A DNA stretch of 64,000 nucleotides from a virus. Lineage: Duplodnaviria; Caudoviricetes. The position numbers and the translations under genes were made by a program. Of the stretch, positions 41,347 through 50,125 are shown one piece after another. Under the pieces are notes generated by a model that was not told where the DNA came from, searched no databases, and saw only the letters and a program-made list of their open reading frames with translations. Location: positions 1 to 64,000 of the IMG/VR virus record IMGVR_UViG_3300035498_000263; one strand, given 5' to 3'. Numbering within the stretch: the first letter of the stretch is position 1; each line of letters begins with the position of its first letter.

Positions 41347-41420
41347 ACTTCAATAGCTCAACAGGATAGAGCAACAGCCTTCTAAGCTGTAGGTTTCGGG
41401 TTCGATTCCCGATTGAAGTA
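41347..41420 (+). tRNA. tRNA-Arg(UCU)
   Basis: acttcaa/ttgaagt acceptor stem; acagc-ctTCTaa-gctgt anticodon arm; GGTTCGATTCC T-arm. Confidence 0.9.
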
Positions 41421-41715
41421 CTAATTGTGATAGTAATAGTATTGATTATAATAATTCTAACGTCTAATCTAATCATTCTGTTACCTTGAACCATGTCTGA
41501 TTAATACTATTCTATCACAATATCTTATTAATGGGTTAAAGATTGGTATAATAAATGTGATAAGCAATGTTCATAAAAGAATTTAGAGATTGACTCGTGA
41601 AATTTGTCCTAATAGTGTTTGTGAAAATGCTATTAGGATTTTTGTTTATAGTAATCTTGGTAGTGATTCTTCTACGGGGGAAGGCTTTGTAAGGCTTGAC
41701 GACTATTAAAAAAAA

Positions 41716-41788
41716 TGCCCTACAATCGCAGATTAAATAGGTAGCTGATTAGTTAATCAACTTACAAATTTAATGCGATTGTAGGGCA
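41716..41788. terminator. 15-bp perfect inverted repeat at the convergence of the two transcription arms
   Basis: tgccctacaatcgca (41716-41730) / tgcgattgtagggca (41774-41788), preceded by an A run. Confidence 0.6.
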
Positions 41789-41849
41789 AATTAGATGGCT
41801 CTGTGAGCGTTTTATCGACTTAGTTATATGTATGACCGGAATAGAGGAA

Positions 41850-42023
41850 TCATATTAACTGTGAATCTCTGATTTTATTTAGTGCCGTATTTAGTGCCAA
41901 CTTTACAGCAAACTTTTCATAACTACTAAGACCAATAAGTCTGCTATTATCATTATCATCTATGATAATAATATTAACGTCTGTTGGAGAATAAATATCT
42001 CTTATATCAATAGTTATCTTCAT
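41850..42023 (-). CDS. 57-aa hypothetical protein (not in ORF track)
   Basis: MKITIDIRDIYSPTDVNIIIIDDNDNSRLIG...; its start overlaps the end of the upstream small ORF. Confidence 0.55.
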   Translation of the reverse strand: MKITIDIRDIYSPTDVNIIIIDDNDNSRLIGLSSYEKFAVKLALNTALNKIRDSQLI

Positions 42024-42186
42024 TTGTTTCTTCTAAAAGTATTGTGATATTAAGTTTATCACCAATATGCTCTATAAGTCTATCAACATGATTAATATCA
42101 TGCAATTCTCCATTTATATCTTTAAATTTTACTTTTTTTGGAAGAGCAAACCATTCAAGTTCTTCAATAAGTTCATCACTATTCAT
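42007..42186 (-). CDS. 59-aa hypothetical protein (not in ORF track)
   Basis: MNSDELIEELEWFALPKKVKF...; ATGA-coupled to the upstream ORF. Confidence 0.6.
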   Translation of the reverse strand: MNSDELIEELEWFALPKKVKFKDINGELHDINHVDRLIEHIGDKLNITILLEETNEDNY

Positions 42187-42344
42187 TCTCTAGCATCAAT
42201 TATAATTATAGGTTTATCATTTGGAGTAATGATTTCACAAACATCAACAATTTTATAAAGTTCCAAATTAGGAGCTTCTACAAAAACTTCTCTATCAAGT
42301 AAATCTTGACGATCAAGTTCATTTATCAATTCTCTTGCTGTCAT
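42183..42344 (-). CDS. 53-aa hypothetical protein (not in ORF track)
   Basis: MTARELINELDRQDLLDREVFVEAP...IIIIDARE. Confidence 0.6.
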   Translation of the reverse strand: MTARELINELDRQDLLDREVFVEAPNLELYKIVDVCEIITPNDKPIIIIDARE

Positions 42345-42576
42345 GTTTAACTTTAATTATAATTATAACAATCATGATAAGAACACCACATAAAGCTATC
42401 ATAGCAATAGGGTCATCTAATCTAATCATAAGTTCAATCCAAATCAAAACAATAGTAATTATTGCAACAATGAATAGAACATTATCTAAGTTGTTCATAA
42501 ACATATTATACAACTTAGGCACAAACTTTATAATTTCTTTAATCTTCATTTTCATCTTTAATTTTATATTTTTCAA
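42319..42576 (-). CDS. Small two-TM membrane protein
   Basis: Two hydrophobic helices separated by RLDDP; exact start uncertain. Confidence 0.6.
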   Translation of the reverse strand: MKNIKLKMKMKIKEIIKFVPKLYNMFMNNLDNVLFIVAIITIVLIWIELMIRLDDPIAMIALCGVLIMIVIIIIKVKHDSKRIDK

Positions 42577-42844
42577 TTATACTTTTACAATATTCAATAG
42601 CTTGCTTAATATTATTACTAACAAAGCCATGACCAGTAAGATGTTTATTATCTTTAACAATACTTACACCAAACATTGTATTATCATTATTAGAACTAAG
42701 TTCTATTTCACCTTTATCAATAGGAAAATAACATATAACACAAGGTGTAAAAATATTTATGTTTGGAACAACTCTTCTAAACAAATCTCCATTACTAGTA
42801 AGTAAACCAGTAATAGAATTATTATTATTAAATCTTGATTTCAT
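42539..42844 (-). CDS. Hypothetical protein
   Basis: 101 aa, ATGA-coupled in a tightly packed operon. Confidence 0.65.
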   Translation of the reverse strand: MKSRFNNNNSITGLLTSNGDLFRRVVPNINIFTPCVICYFPIDKGEIELSSNNDNTMFGVSIVKDNKHLTGHGFVSNNIKQAIEYCKSIIEKYKIKDENED

Positions 42845-43014
42845 TGTTCTTCAATTTTATAACCTAACATATTTAAAGCAGCTGCTATATAATCTTCATT
42901 ACCAAGTTTAACAATTTCAAGATATTTATCATTAATTTCTTTATAAGAAGATTTAATAGCTATTAGATGACAAAAATCAACTAATATTTGAAAGTTTTTA
43001 CCTATGTTATTCAT
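42841..43014 (-). CDS. 57-aa hypothetical protein (not in ORF track)
   Basis: MNNIGKNFQILVDFCHL...GYKIEEQ; ATGA overlaps on both sides. Confidence 0.6.
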   Translation of the reverse strand: MNNIGKNFQILVDFCHLIAIKSSYKEINDKYLEIVKLGNEDYIAAALNMLGYKIEEQ

Positions 43015-43289
43015 AATACTTCTTTAACTCCTTTAATTACATTTTCAACTGTATCTGTTCCGACAATTGTAACTTCATTTCCATTTTTAAGATTTTCAAT
43101 TATAACTGTAGGAACATCATCAATTCTAACTTCAGGACGTATATTTTCAATAAAATGTTCAAATCTAACAAAATTAATGTTTTCAACATCTTTATCATTA
43201 GAAAGAAGGAACATAGCCTTATTGACTATGTTCCTCATAATAATACATCCTTGACAAGTTGTAGAACTAAATTGTGTGATTTTAATCAT
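43011..43289 (-). CDS. Hypothetical protein
   Basis: ORF-track frame; the ATG at 43289 (MIKITQF) is more plausible than the GTG at 43307. Confidence 0.6.
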   Translation of the reverse strand: MIKITQFSSTTCQGCIIMRNIVNKAMFLLSNDKDVENINFVRFEHFIENIRPEVRIDDVPTVIIENLKNGNEVTIVGTDTVENVIKGVKEVL

Positions 43290-43446
43290 ACTTGTCAGAA
43301 TTTTCACTTAAAAGAACTATTTCTTTTTCAGTTGTAGTAGTTGCAACAAACTTTTCATAAGCTTCATTAACAACTACTTTTTCGCCAGCAGAAGAATCTT
43401 GTTCAACTATTGCTGTTAAAAATTCAATAAAATCTTTAAGTGTCAT
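43282..43446 (-). CDS. 54-aa hypothetical protein (not in ORF track)
   Basis: MTLKDFIEFLTAIVEQDSSAGEKVVVNEAYEKF...; fills the gap downstream of dut. Confidence 0.55.
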   Translation of the reverse strand: MTLKDFIEFLTAIVEQDSSAGEKVVVNEAYEKFVATTTTEKEIVLLSENSDKYD

Positions 43447-43461
43447 AACTGTAACTTTATT

Positions 43462-43914
43462 TTAATTACCTGTTGAACCATGACCTCCTTCACCTCTATC
43501 AGACTCAGTAAGTGAATCTGTTTCAATAAAAGAAATCTTAGGATAACGAATGATAATAAGTTGTCCAATTCTATCACCAACCTTATATGGAGCGTTAGCA
43601 TTAAGATATTCACGATTCTTAAATGTAAGAAGAACTTCTCCACGATAACCACTGTCAATAACACCAACATGATTAGTCATGTAACAATCTTTCTTACAAT
43701 TAGAACTACGTGGAAATAATAATCCAACACATCCATCAGGAATTTCTAACGCTATACCTGTACCATAGACATAATTGTTGTACCTGTCATCATACTTACA
43801 ACTAGTAGCAACTAAATCCATTCCAGCATCTGTAGCATGAGCATAAGCAGGAATTACCGCACTCTCTACCAACTTCTTTACCTTTACAGGTATAAGTTCT
43901 TGTTCAAATTTCAT
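43462..43914 (-). CDS. dut: Trimeric dUTPase
   Basis: Motifs AGMDL, PRSS, GVIDSGYRGE, DRIGQ and RGEGGHGSTG. Confidence 0.95.
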   Translation of the reverse strand: MKFEQELIPVKVKKLVESAVIPAYAHATDAGMDLVATSCKYDDRYNNYVYGTGIALEIPDGCVGLLFPRSSNCKKDCYMTNHVGVIDSGYRGEVLLTFKNREYLNANAPYKVGDRIGQLIIIRYPKISFIETDSLTESDRGEGGHGSTGN

Positions 43915-43933
43915 TGTTTTAAATTATTAAATA

Positions 43934-44974
43934 TTAAGCAGCAGCTAAAGCAAGTGCTTTACTAATAGTTCTGTTAGCACTTCCATTTATCAAACTGTCG
44001 AAATGTTGTTCACCTTCCTTATTTGAAACATTGCTGAAATAACCTGTAATAGCATTATAAGCACCCCATGCTGTTCCAATAATTTCACGCTGACCAATAC
44101 CATTAAAGTAATAATCATGAATTGTTGAAATAACATTAAGCTTACGAGTGCTAATACCAGCATCTTCAACTATTAAAGCTTCACGCTTAAACAATCTATC
44201 AATACCTTTCTTTTCATCAATAGCATCAAGATTTGCCATTTCTGTTTCAGTAAGAATAGTCTTAGCAATATAGCGTTCAACCATCGCATCATTCCAGTTA
44301 GTATTAGCCATCATATTAAACATTTCAGCAGTAGTAAGTTGCTGTTGATGAGCACTAGCAAGAATTTCAGCAGCAGTCAAAATCTTAGAATGCACATTAG
44401 CAGTATGACGAAATCTAATATAACAATCATTCTGTTTAATAGCAGCAGTAAGAGTATTTTGACAAATAACTCTAATAGGTGCAAACAAAATATTTACACC
44501 ACAACTACCATCATGAGAATTGCTAAAAATCAAATAACTTTGACAAGGGTCACCTTTAACAATAAAGTCATCAGGAAGTTTAGCAGTTACAACAACTCGT
44601 TCACCATGACCTAAAACTCCAGCAGTTTGCCAAATAGCTTTATCTGGACCAATAGCATCATCAAAGAATTTAAAAGCATCACGATTTTGAACAATCTCAT
44701 ACTTGTCTTTAACAATACCTAAAGGAAAATTGACATCAGTACGATAAGTTGCATAAGCATTAGGACAAGGACGATAAATTCTAGCATTATGAATAAAACT
44801 TTCTTCATCTTTAATATTAGATTTAATGTTTAACGGCATTTCAGCAACTAACGGACACTTATCAACTCCAAAGTCAATACCAGCTTTTTCAGCAACTTCA
44901 GCAGATGTCTTACATTCGGTTACATCTTTAAGGAATGTTTGCCACGGCAAACCTTTAACAGAATACTTATTCAT
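43934..44974 (-). CDS. DUF932 family phage protein
   Basis: LGIVKDKYEIVQNRDAFKFFD, TAGVLGHGERV, NSHDGS and PIRVICQNTL. Confidence 0.85.
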   Translation of the reverse strand: MNKYSVKGLPWQTFLKDVTECKTSAEVAEKAGIDFGVDKCPLVAEMPLNIKSNIKDEESFIHNARIYRPCPNAYATYRTDVNFPLGIVKDKYEIVQNRDAFKFFDDAIGPDKAIWQTAGVLGHGERVVVTAKLPDDFIVKGDPCQSYLIFSNSHDGSCGVNILFAPIRVICQNTLTAAIKQNDCYIRFRHTANVHSKILTAAEILASAHQQQLTTAEMFNMMANTNWNDAMVERYIAKTILTETEMANLDAIDEKKGIDRLFKREALIVEDAGISTRKLNVISTIHDYYFNGIGQREIIGTAWGAYNAITGYFSNVSNKEGEQHFDSLINGSANRTISKALALAAA

Positions 44975-44978
44975 AGCT

Positions 44979-45791
44979 TTATTTTATTACAAGGTTATTA
45001 TTATTTACAAGTTTACCAACAGAAAGAATACATTCTTTTAATGATTCTTTAAGGTCAGTTTTAGAAGTATTACAATCTACAACAGCATTACAATTTTCAA
45101 GCACTTCAAGCAAAGGCTTTTCATTATCGTAATTCTTAATCATTTCAAGAATACTAGTTTCATTTGTAACTTTAACTTTAACATTAAGCAAATCTTCAAC
45201 TGTAATTCCTTGAACAACCTCAGTTCCATCAGGAAGATTATGAGTAATAAGAGATTTAATTGTAGAATCAGAAGAAATGATTGCAGTAATATAATTAGCA
45301 ATATCTTGCAAATCATTTGTAGTTATACGAGAATATTCATATTGTGTATTACAGCAAACTGTAAATGCTCTAAATATTTCTCTAATAAGACAATCATTAA
45401 CTTCAACAGAAGTAGATTCACGAATAGAAAGTTTCTGTGTACCAAGGTCAATAAACCTCTTACCTTTCTTATCAGCATCACCAAACATAAGAATAGCATC
45501 TGTAAGACGCTTTTTCATATCTTCAATAATACGTTCTTTTTGTTTACGAAGAGTTTTAATTCTGTCTTCTTCTTTTTTACAAGCTTCAACATCATTTTGC
45601 AAACTCTTAATAATGTCACTATATGAACCACATTTAGCTTTAAAATTATCCTTAGTAATTTCAAGAGCGGCAATTTGTTCATCAGTGATTTCACCATCAT
45701 TTTCTTCTACCTCCTCATAAATATTAAGAAGGTCTTGTTCAATAGCAAATAAGCTTTTCATCTTTTGTTGGATTAAGTTTTTTAAATTCAT
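44979..45791 (-). CDS. Siphovirus Gp157-family protein
   Basis: N-terminal SLFAIEQD...LE...F..K..SY..II coiled coil, then a beta segment KLSIRESTSVEV. Confidence 0.7.
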   Translation of the reverse strand: MNLKNLIQQKMKSLFAIEQDLLNIYEEVEENDGEITDEQIAALEITKDNFKAKCGSYSDIIKSLQNDVEACKKEEDRIKTLRKQKERIIEDMKKRLTDAILMFGDADKKGKRFIDLGTQKLSIRESTSVEVNDCLIREIFRAFTVCCNTQYEYSRITTNDLQDIANYITAIISSDSTIKSLITHNLPDGTEVVQGITVEDLLNVKVKVTNETSILEMIKNYDNEKPLLEVLENCNAVVDCNTSKTDLKESLKECILSVGKLVNNNNLVIK

Positions 45792-46066
45792 TACTTTGAT
45801 TTATATCTTGGATCAACATCCGTAAGATAAATCAGATTAGTTAAATAAACAGGTTTAAGTATTGTACCTGTACAGATTCTAAAACCTGCTATATTAATTG
45901 TTCGATTAACTAAATCAATAGTATGTCTATGATTCCTAATATGTTTAATAGCATTATCAATACTAAATCTACCATCTACAGGCATATAGGCATCACTACC
46001 ACAAAGTATTTCATCGTCCCAATCAAAGTACAGTACAAACCTTTTTGGATAAACATCTTTACTCAT
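45791..46066 (-). CDS. Hypothetical protein
   Basis: 91 aa overlapping both neighbours. Confidence 0.65.
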   Translation of the reverse strand: MSKDVYPKRFVLYFDWDDEILCGSDAYMPVDGRFSIDNAIKHIRNHRHTIDLVNRTINIAGFRICTGTILKPVYLTNLIYLTDVDPRYKSK

Positions 46067-46940
46067 TACTATCTAAATATTTACCATATCCTAACTTACA
46101 AAGTTCAAAGTAAACTTGACTAATAACACGTTTAGCTTCCGGAGCAGCTTTACCTGTTAATTCCTTATAACGAAGATTAATAATATTCTTCCATTCAGGA
46201 ATAGAATAAGTATAAACTAGAACAGATGCAGTATCTAAAGGTAAGAAATATCTAGCTTCTTCAATAGGCCAACCACTTCTAACTCTTTCAAGATACATTT
46301 CAGATGCTAAAGTCAAATCACGTACAACTTGTTCTTGTTCTTCAGTAGTCTTATTACTATACCACTCTGGAATAATCATAGTAATATTATTATTCTTTCC
46401 AAAGTTTACATATCTTGTAGACTGTTCTGCAATAGCATTAGGAGATACTCGATTAAGTTCACGTGCTACAAGAATATTCGTAACAATCTTAAAAGTAAAT
46501 CTACAAAGATTAGGGGCAAGAGTATAAATACTAGCAAGAGGCAACTCATGAACATCATTAAAAGTTTCTTTAAGTAATTTATCAAGCTCTTCATCTTCTC
46601 TATAAAATTGTTCATTAACTGCAATATAACTATCTACTCCTAACTGAAAACTAATATAAGGACAATGTTTGTAATGTTCATAAAATACCATTATATTATG
46701 GCGATTTTCTTCACATCTTAAACCGGTACAAGGAATATGAAAATATCTAGTAATATGACGATACATACTTCTATGTCCATGTTCCCAAAGTTTATTAAAC
46801 ATATTCTTATCAGATTCAGGACCTTTAGATTTACTAGCATAACAAGTTCTAGCAGCAATAAGAAAAGGATTAATATCTCCAACAGTTTCACAAGTAGGTT
46901 TATTAATAAGCTCTACTGTAGGTGTAATTAACGTAATCAT
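46059..46940 (-). CDS. thyX: Flavin-dependent thymidylate synthase
   Basis: AARTCY, HGHRSM, VARELNR..PNAIAEQSTRYVN (divergent ThyX motif), EEARYFLP and LR. Confidence 0.8.
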   Translation of the reverse strand: MITLITPTVELINKPTCETVGDINPFLIAARTCYASKSKGPESDKNMFNKLWEHGHRSMYRHITRYFHIPCTGLRCEENRHNIMVFYEHYKHCPYISFQLGVDSYIAVNEQFYREDEELDKLLKETFNDVHELPLASIYTLAPNLCRFTFKIVTNILVARELNRVSPNAIAEQSTRYVNFGKNNNITMIIPEWYSNKTTEEQEQVVRDLTLASEMYLERVRSGWPIEEARYFLPLDTASVLVYTYSIPEWKNIINLRYKELTGKAAPEAKRVISQVYFELCKLGYGKYLDSNE

Positions 46941-46942
46941 AA

Positions 46943-47287
46943 TTATTTTACATCTTCAAAATCAATTTCATCCATTTTAGCTTCAACATCAGTATACTTA
47001 CTTCTTTCAATAAAAGATAAAGTCATTACTGCATAATTAGCTAAATCAATAAGAGTATCTTCGATACTTTCATCAACTTTAGCATTATCATTATCACCTT
47101 TAGGATTTAAAAGATTATAAGCTCTTTCAAATTTATCATTAATACGAGCAAGACCGATATTAATTCCAAACTTTTCAAGAGTCTTATCGAAACTATTACC
47201 ATAATCATGATTTTTAGCAATATGAATTGCTTTCATTCTTGTAATAATGTCGTTAAACTTTTCGATTTCGTTTTTGCTTTTAATCAT
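46943..47287 (-). CDS. Nucleotide modification associated domain 1 (DUF1599-like) protein
   Basis: KNHDYGNSF...RINDK..R and ESIEDTLIDLANYA. Confidence 0.8.
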   Translation of the reverse strand: MIKSKNEIEKFNDIITRMKAIHIAKNHDYGNSFDKTLEKFGINIGLARINDKFERAYNLLNPKGDNDNAKVDESIEDTLIDLANYAVMTLSFIERSKYTDVEAKMDEIDFEDVK

Positions 47288-47322
47288 AACTTTTAAAATT
47301 AATAGTTAAACATATTGTTTTA

Positions 47323-47354
47323 CAAACATAGCTATAATTATGAACTTTACCAAA
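47323..47354 (-). promoter_or_regulatory. Bacteroidota sigmaA-type promoter
   Basis: On the - strand: TTTG (47354-47351), 20 nt, TATGTTTG (47330-47323). Confidence 0.7.
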
Positions 47355-47501
47355 TTAAACACAAATTTATTTTAATATTTTTCGAGCCATTTTAAGCCTC
47401 ATACAGCGACTTTTATTGGTCGGCTGATTAGTTGTTCACAAAGGCACATTGATTGCAACAGAGCGCAATTATGGAACAAATAAGACCATTTAGCACAACA
47501 A

Positions 47502-47554
47502 TTCCCCCGTAGAAGAGTCGATTGAATAATCATCGAGATTCTTCTACGGGGGAA
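47502..47554. terminator. Perfect 15-bp inverted repeat made of two copies of the dispersed motif
   Basis: ttcccccgtagaaga / tcttctacgggggaa with a 23-nt spacer, just downstream of the 47575 gene. Confidence 0.65.
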
Positions 47555-47574
47555 GCCTTTAAAATAAATTTAGT

Positions 47575-47973
47575 TTAATCTAATTCAACTTCAATTTCAT
47601 AACTATCAAATTCAGTGACATCATTATCACCGGAATCAACATGAGTAAAATTACATCTTAAAGATGTAATACCTTGATATTTTTCATTACTAAGAATATT
47701 ATCTATTCCTAAATCATTCCAAATATCACCAATACGAATTTTCATTCGTCCATAAGCATCAAGGATACATTTACGAGAATTAAGAAGATTATTACCAAGT
47801 ATAATATAATATTTAGTAACATTTTCTTCAGGTATAAACTTTTTGGCTATAATATAACTAGTAAAAGGTCTAATAAATTCTTTAGTAAATATCCTTTTGG
47901 ATTTAATATCAATCCATGTCTTATTCTTATCAATCTTCTTATTTACAATATCATATTCAAGTAAACTACCCAT
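47575..47973 (-). CDS. Hypothetical protein
   Basis: 132-aa ORF after the ligase. Confidence 0.7.
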   Translation of the reverse strand: MGSLLEYDIVNKKIDKNKTWIDIKSKRIFTKEFIRPFTSYIIAKKFIPEENVTKYYIILGNNLLNSRKCILDAYGRMKIRIGDIWNDLGIDNILSNEKYQGITSLRCNFTHVDSGDNDVTEFDSYEIEVELD

Positions 47974-47979
47974 AACTAA

Positions 47980-49188
47980 TTAATCTTTAATCAAACAAAT
48001 CTTAGCATGAAAAGGAAGTTCATTAACTCCACTTCTCTCACGAAATTCTACCATTGCATATTTACCGATGTAGGTATCTTTATTAGCAAGGATAATTTCT
48101 TGTTCAGAAAAACTACCTTTAGATGTACATTCAAATAAACTACTGTTAATATCATTTTGCAAAACAAATTTAGGCAATTTAGTCCGCTTACCTTCTGGAA
48201 CTATATCTATGATTTTAAAATAACCATCATACAACTTCTTATACTTTAGCATAAGAGAAGAATTACGTTTATCAAAACCATAACTAGCATTAGGATTTCT
48301 AACTACTAGTCCTTCAAAACCAAGATTTATAAATTCATCTCTAAATGTTGTAGCATCAACAATATTCTTAACAACAGTATCAGTTAAAACATTAAGACAA
48401 CCTTTATTATTTAAATGGTCTTCTTTTGTTTTAAATGTTACTGCATGACTATTAATTAAATTATTAGCAAACAACAATTCATGTCTATTAATATAACTCA
48501 TCTCATCAACAGCAATATCATACAACCAAAATTGCATTTTATAATGTTGTTCAAAAGAATCATTCTTAACAAAAGAATTAATTAGATTAACAGACAATCC
48601 AGGATAATAAATTTCACCATCAAGTTTAGCACCTTCTTCAATCATCAAATCTAACAATTCACCATCAAGATTATCTTGAAAGAAACATTGTAGATTAGGA
48701 AGATGCCAATAAGTACCTTCACGACTTTGAAACGTAAACTTAATAGGCTCAAATAAATCATTAGTTTTTTCAGCTCCAACAAGACAACGTAGACCATTGA
48801 TTTTAGGCTGACCAAGTAATGAACCAAGTTTATCAAATGGAGCATTATCTTCAAGTGTTTTACATAACATTGGTAATACTGCACCATTTGAACTAGTGTT
48901 ATTAATAGGAAGATATGTTTCAAGATAATTAACGATATTTATCTCATTGAGATTTACAGGAGCATTATCATGTAACTCTACAATAGATTTATATCCTTCC
49001 TTCTTTTTAGTATTATATCTAGATTTAATTTCATCAGACATATTTCTAGCAGGAATATGTTTTTCAAGATGTCCAGCACTATAAAGTAAACCATGCTTAA
49101 TAATATAATAATCATCATATGCTCGGACTTCCCAAAACAATATCTTTCCTAAACCATTACGTTTATATAAAGTATCATAAGTAATCAT
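47980..49188 (-). CDS. ATP-dependent DNA ligase
   Basis: QPKINGLRC (motif I), LDGEIY, FWLYDI, EGLVVR and LKYKK. Confidence 0.9.
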   Translation of the reverse strand: MITYDTLYKRNGLGKILFWEVRAYDDYYIIKHGLLYSAGHLEKHIPARNMSDEIKSRYNTKKKEGYKSIVELHDNAPVNLNEINIVNYLETYLPINNTSSNGAVLPMLCKTLEDNAPFDKLGSLLGQPKINGLRCLVGAEKTNDLFEPIKFTFQSREGTYWHLPNLQCFFQDNLDGELLDLMIEEGAKLDGEIYYPGLSVNLINSFVKNDSFEQHYKMQFWLYDIAVDEMSYINRHELLFANNLINSHAVTFKTKEDHLNNKGCLNVLTDTVVKNIVDATTFRDEFINLGFEGLVVRNPNASYGFDKRNSSLMLKYKKLYDGYFKIIDIVPEGKRTKLPKFVLQNDINSSLFECTSKGSFSEQEIILANKDTYIGKYAMVEFRERSGVNELPFHAKICLIKD

Positions 49189-49655
49189 AACTTTATCTTT
49201 AACTTAATGTTACTCAAATCAAGACTAGCAAGCTGACGAAGTCGAGTTTTAGTATCTTCTTCTTTGTCATAAACTTTTCTAGCTTTCTTTTCAACAACCT
49301 TTTTAGTTTGTTTCTTTTTATATATTACAGGTGGATGTTGCTCTTCATAATTAAGATTGTTTAGATGAACATTTTGAAGCAAATCTACAAGTGTATCAAA
49401 AATAAATTCATCATCGCAATATCTATCAAGAATATATAATATGCTACTAATCACAGTATAATAATAAAAATGATTAGTACCACAAACAAACTCATTAGCT
49501 TTAGCTTTACATTCAAAATTTATACTGTCTAAATATTTATTTATAACTTTAGAAAAGTTACTCTTTCTAACTTGTAAATCAATGTAATCTTTATCTTTAT
49601 TATCTAATCTAACAGTATATCTTTTAAAGTAATTATTAACTTCATTCTTTACCAT
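49185..49655 (-). CDS. Hypothetical protein
   Basis: 156 aa, coupled to the ligase gene. Confidence 0.7.
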   Translation of the reverse strand: MVKNEVNNYFKRYTVRLDNKDKDYIDLQVRKSNFSKVINKYLDSINFECKAKANEFVCGTNHFYYYTVISSILYILDRYCDDEFIFDTLVDLLQNVHLNNLNYEEQHPPVIYKKKQTKKVVEKKARKVYDKEEDTKTRLRQLASLDLSNIKLKIKL

Positions 49656-50125
49656 AAGCCAGTAAACTTAAAATTAGGTATTTTAAATATTGCTAGCTTT
49701 TCAGGCTTACCAATAGCTGCATGAGCTACTTTAGTAAGTAATATATTACTAAATGTTTCTACAGTTGCTACTTTATTATTTACAAGTTCAGTAGTATTAT
49801 CTTTATAATTAAACCTTCTAGGTACGAAAGCTCCATTATAAGAATCTCCAATCCAATCATATTTATTGATTACATCAACATCTTCTGGATTATCGAAATC
49901 TACTGTTCCATAGCAATAACAAGATTTATTACTTATTTCAAATTTCTTAATTCTTTTTTCTCCTCTAATTTCATAATCGAAATCTACACTTATGTTTTCA
50001 CCGGCTTCAAGGAGTTCTTCTTGTTTATCTGTAATACCTGTCATAAGTATTACAAAACCAATTTTTTCTCCTTTTATACGATTAATTATATGTGTAATTT
50101 CATTACTAGAAAGTAACATTCTCAT
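49649..50125 (-). CDS. Hypothetical protein
   Basis: 158 aa, overlapping the primase end. Confidence 0.7.
   Translation of the reverse strand: MRMLLSSNEITHIINRIKGEKIGFVILMTGITDKQEELLEAGENISVDFDYEIRGEKRIKKFEISNKSCYCYGTVDFDNPEDVDVINKYDWIGDSYNGAFVPRRFNYKDNTTELVNNKVATVETFSNILLTKVAHAAIGKPEKLAIFKIPNFKFTGLW

Noticed and set aside
41347-41420. Possible amber suppressor tRNA (CTA within the anticodon loop) and genetic-code reassignment
   Set aside because: The 5-bp stem fixes the 7-nt loop as CT-TCT-AA, so the anticodon is UCU (Arg). ORFs up to 4600 aa are unbroken in the standard code.
43462-47287. Hypermodified-base pathway implied by dUTPase, ThyX and Nmad1
   Set aside because: No base-modifying transferase, kinase or dCMP/dUMP hydroxymethylase is visible; the set is explained by ordinary dTTP supply.
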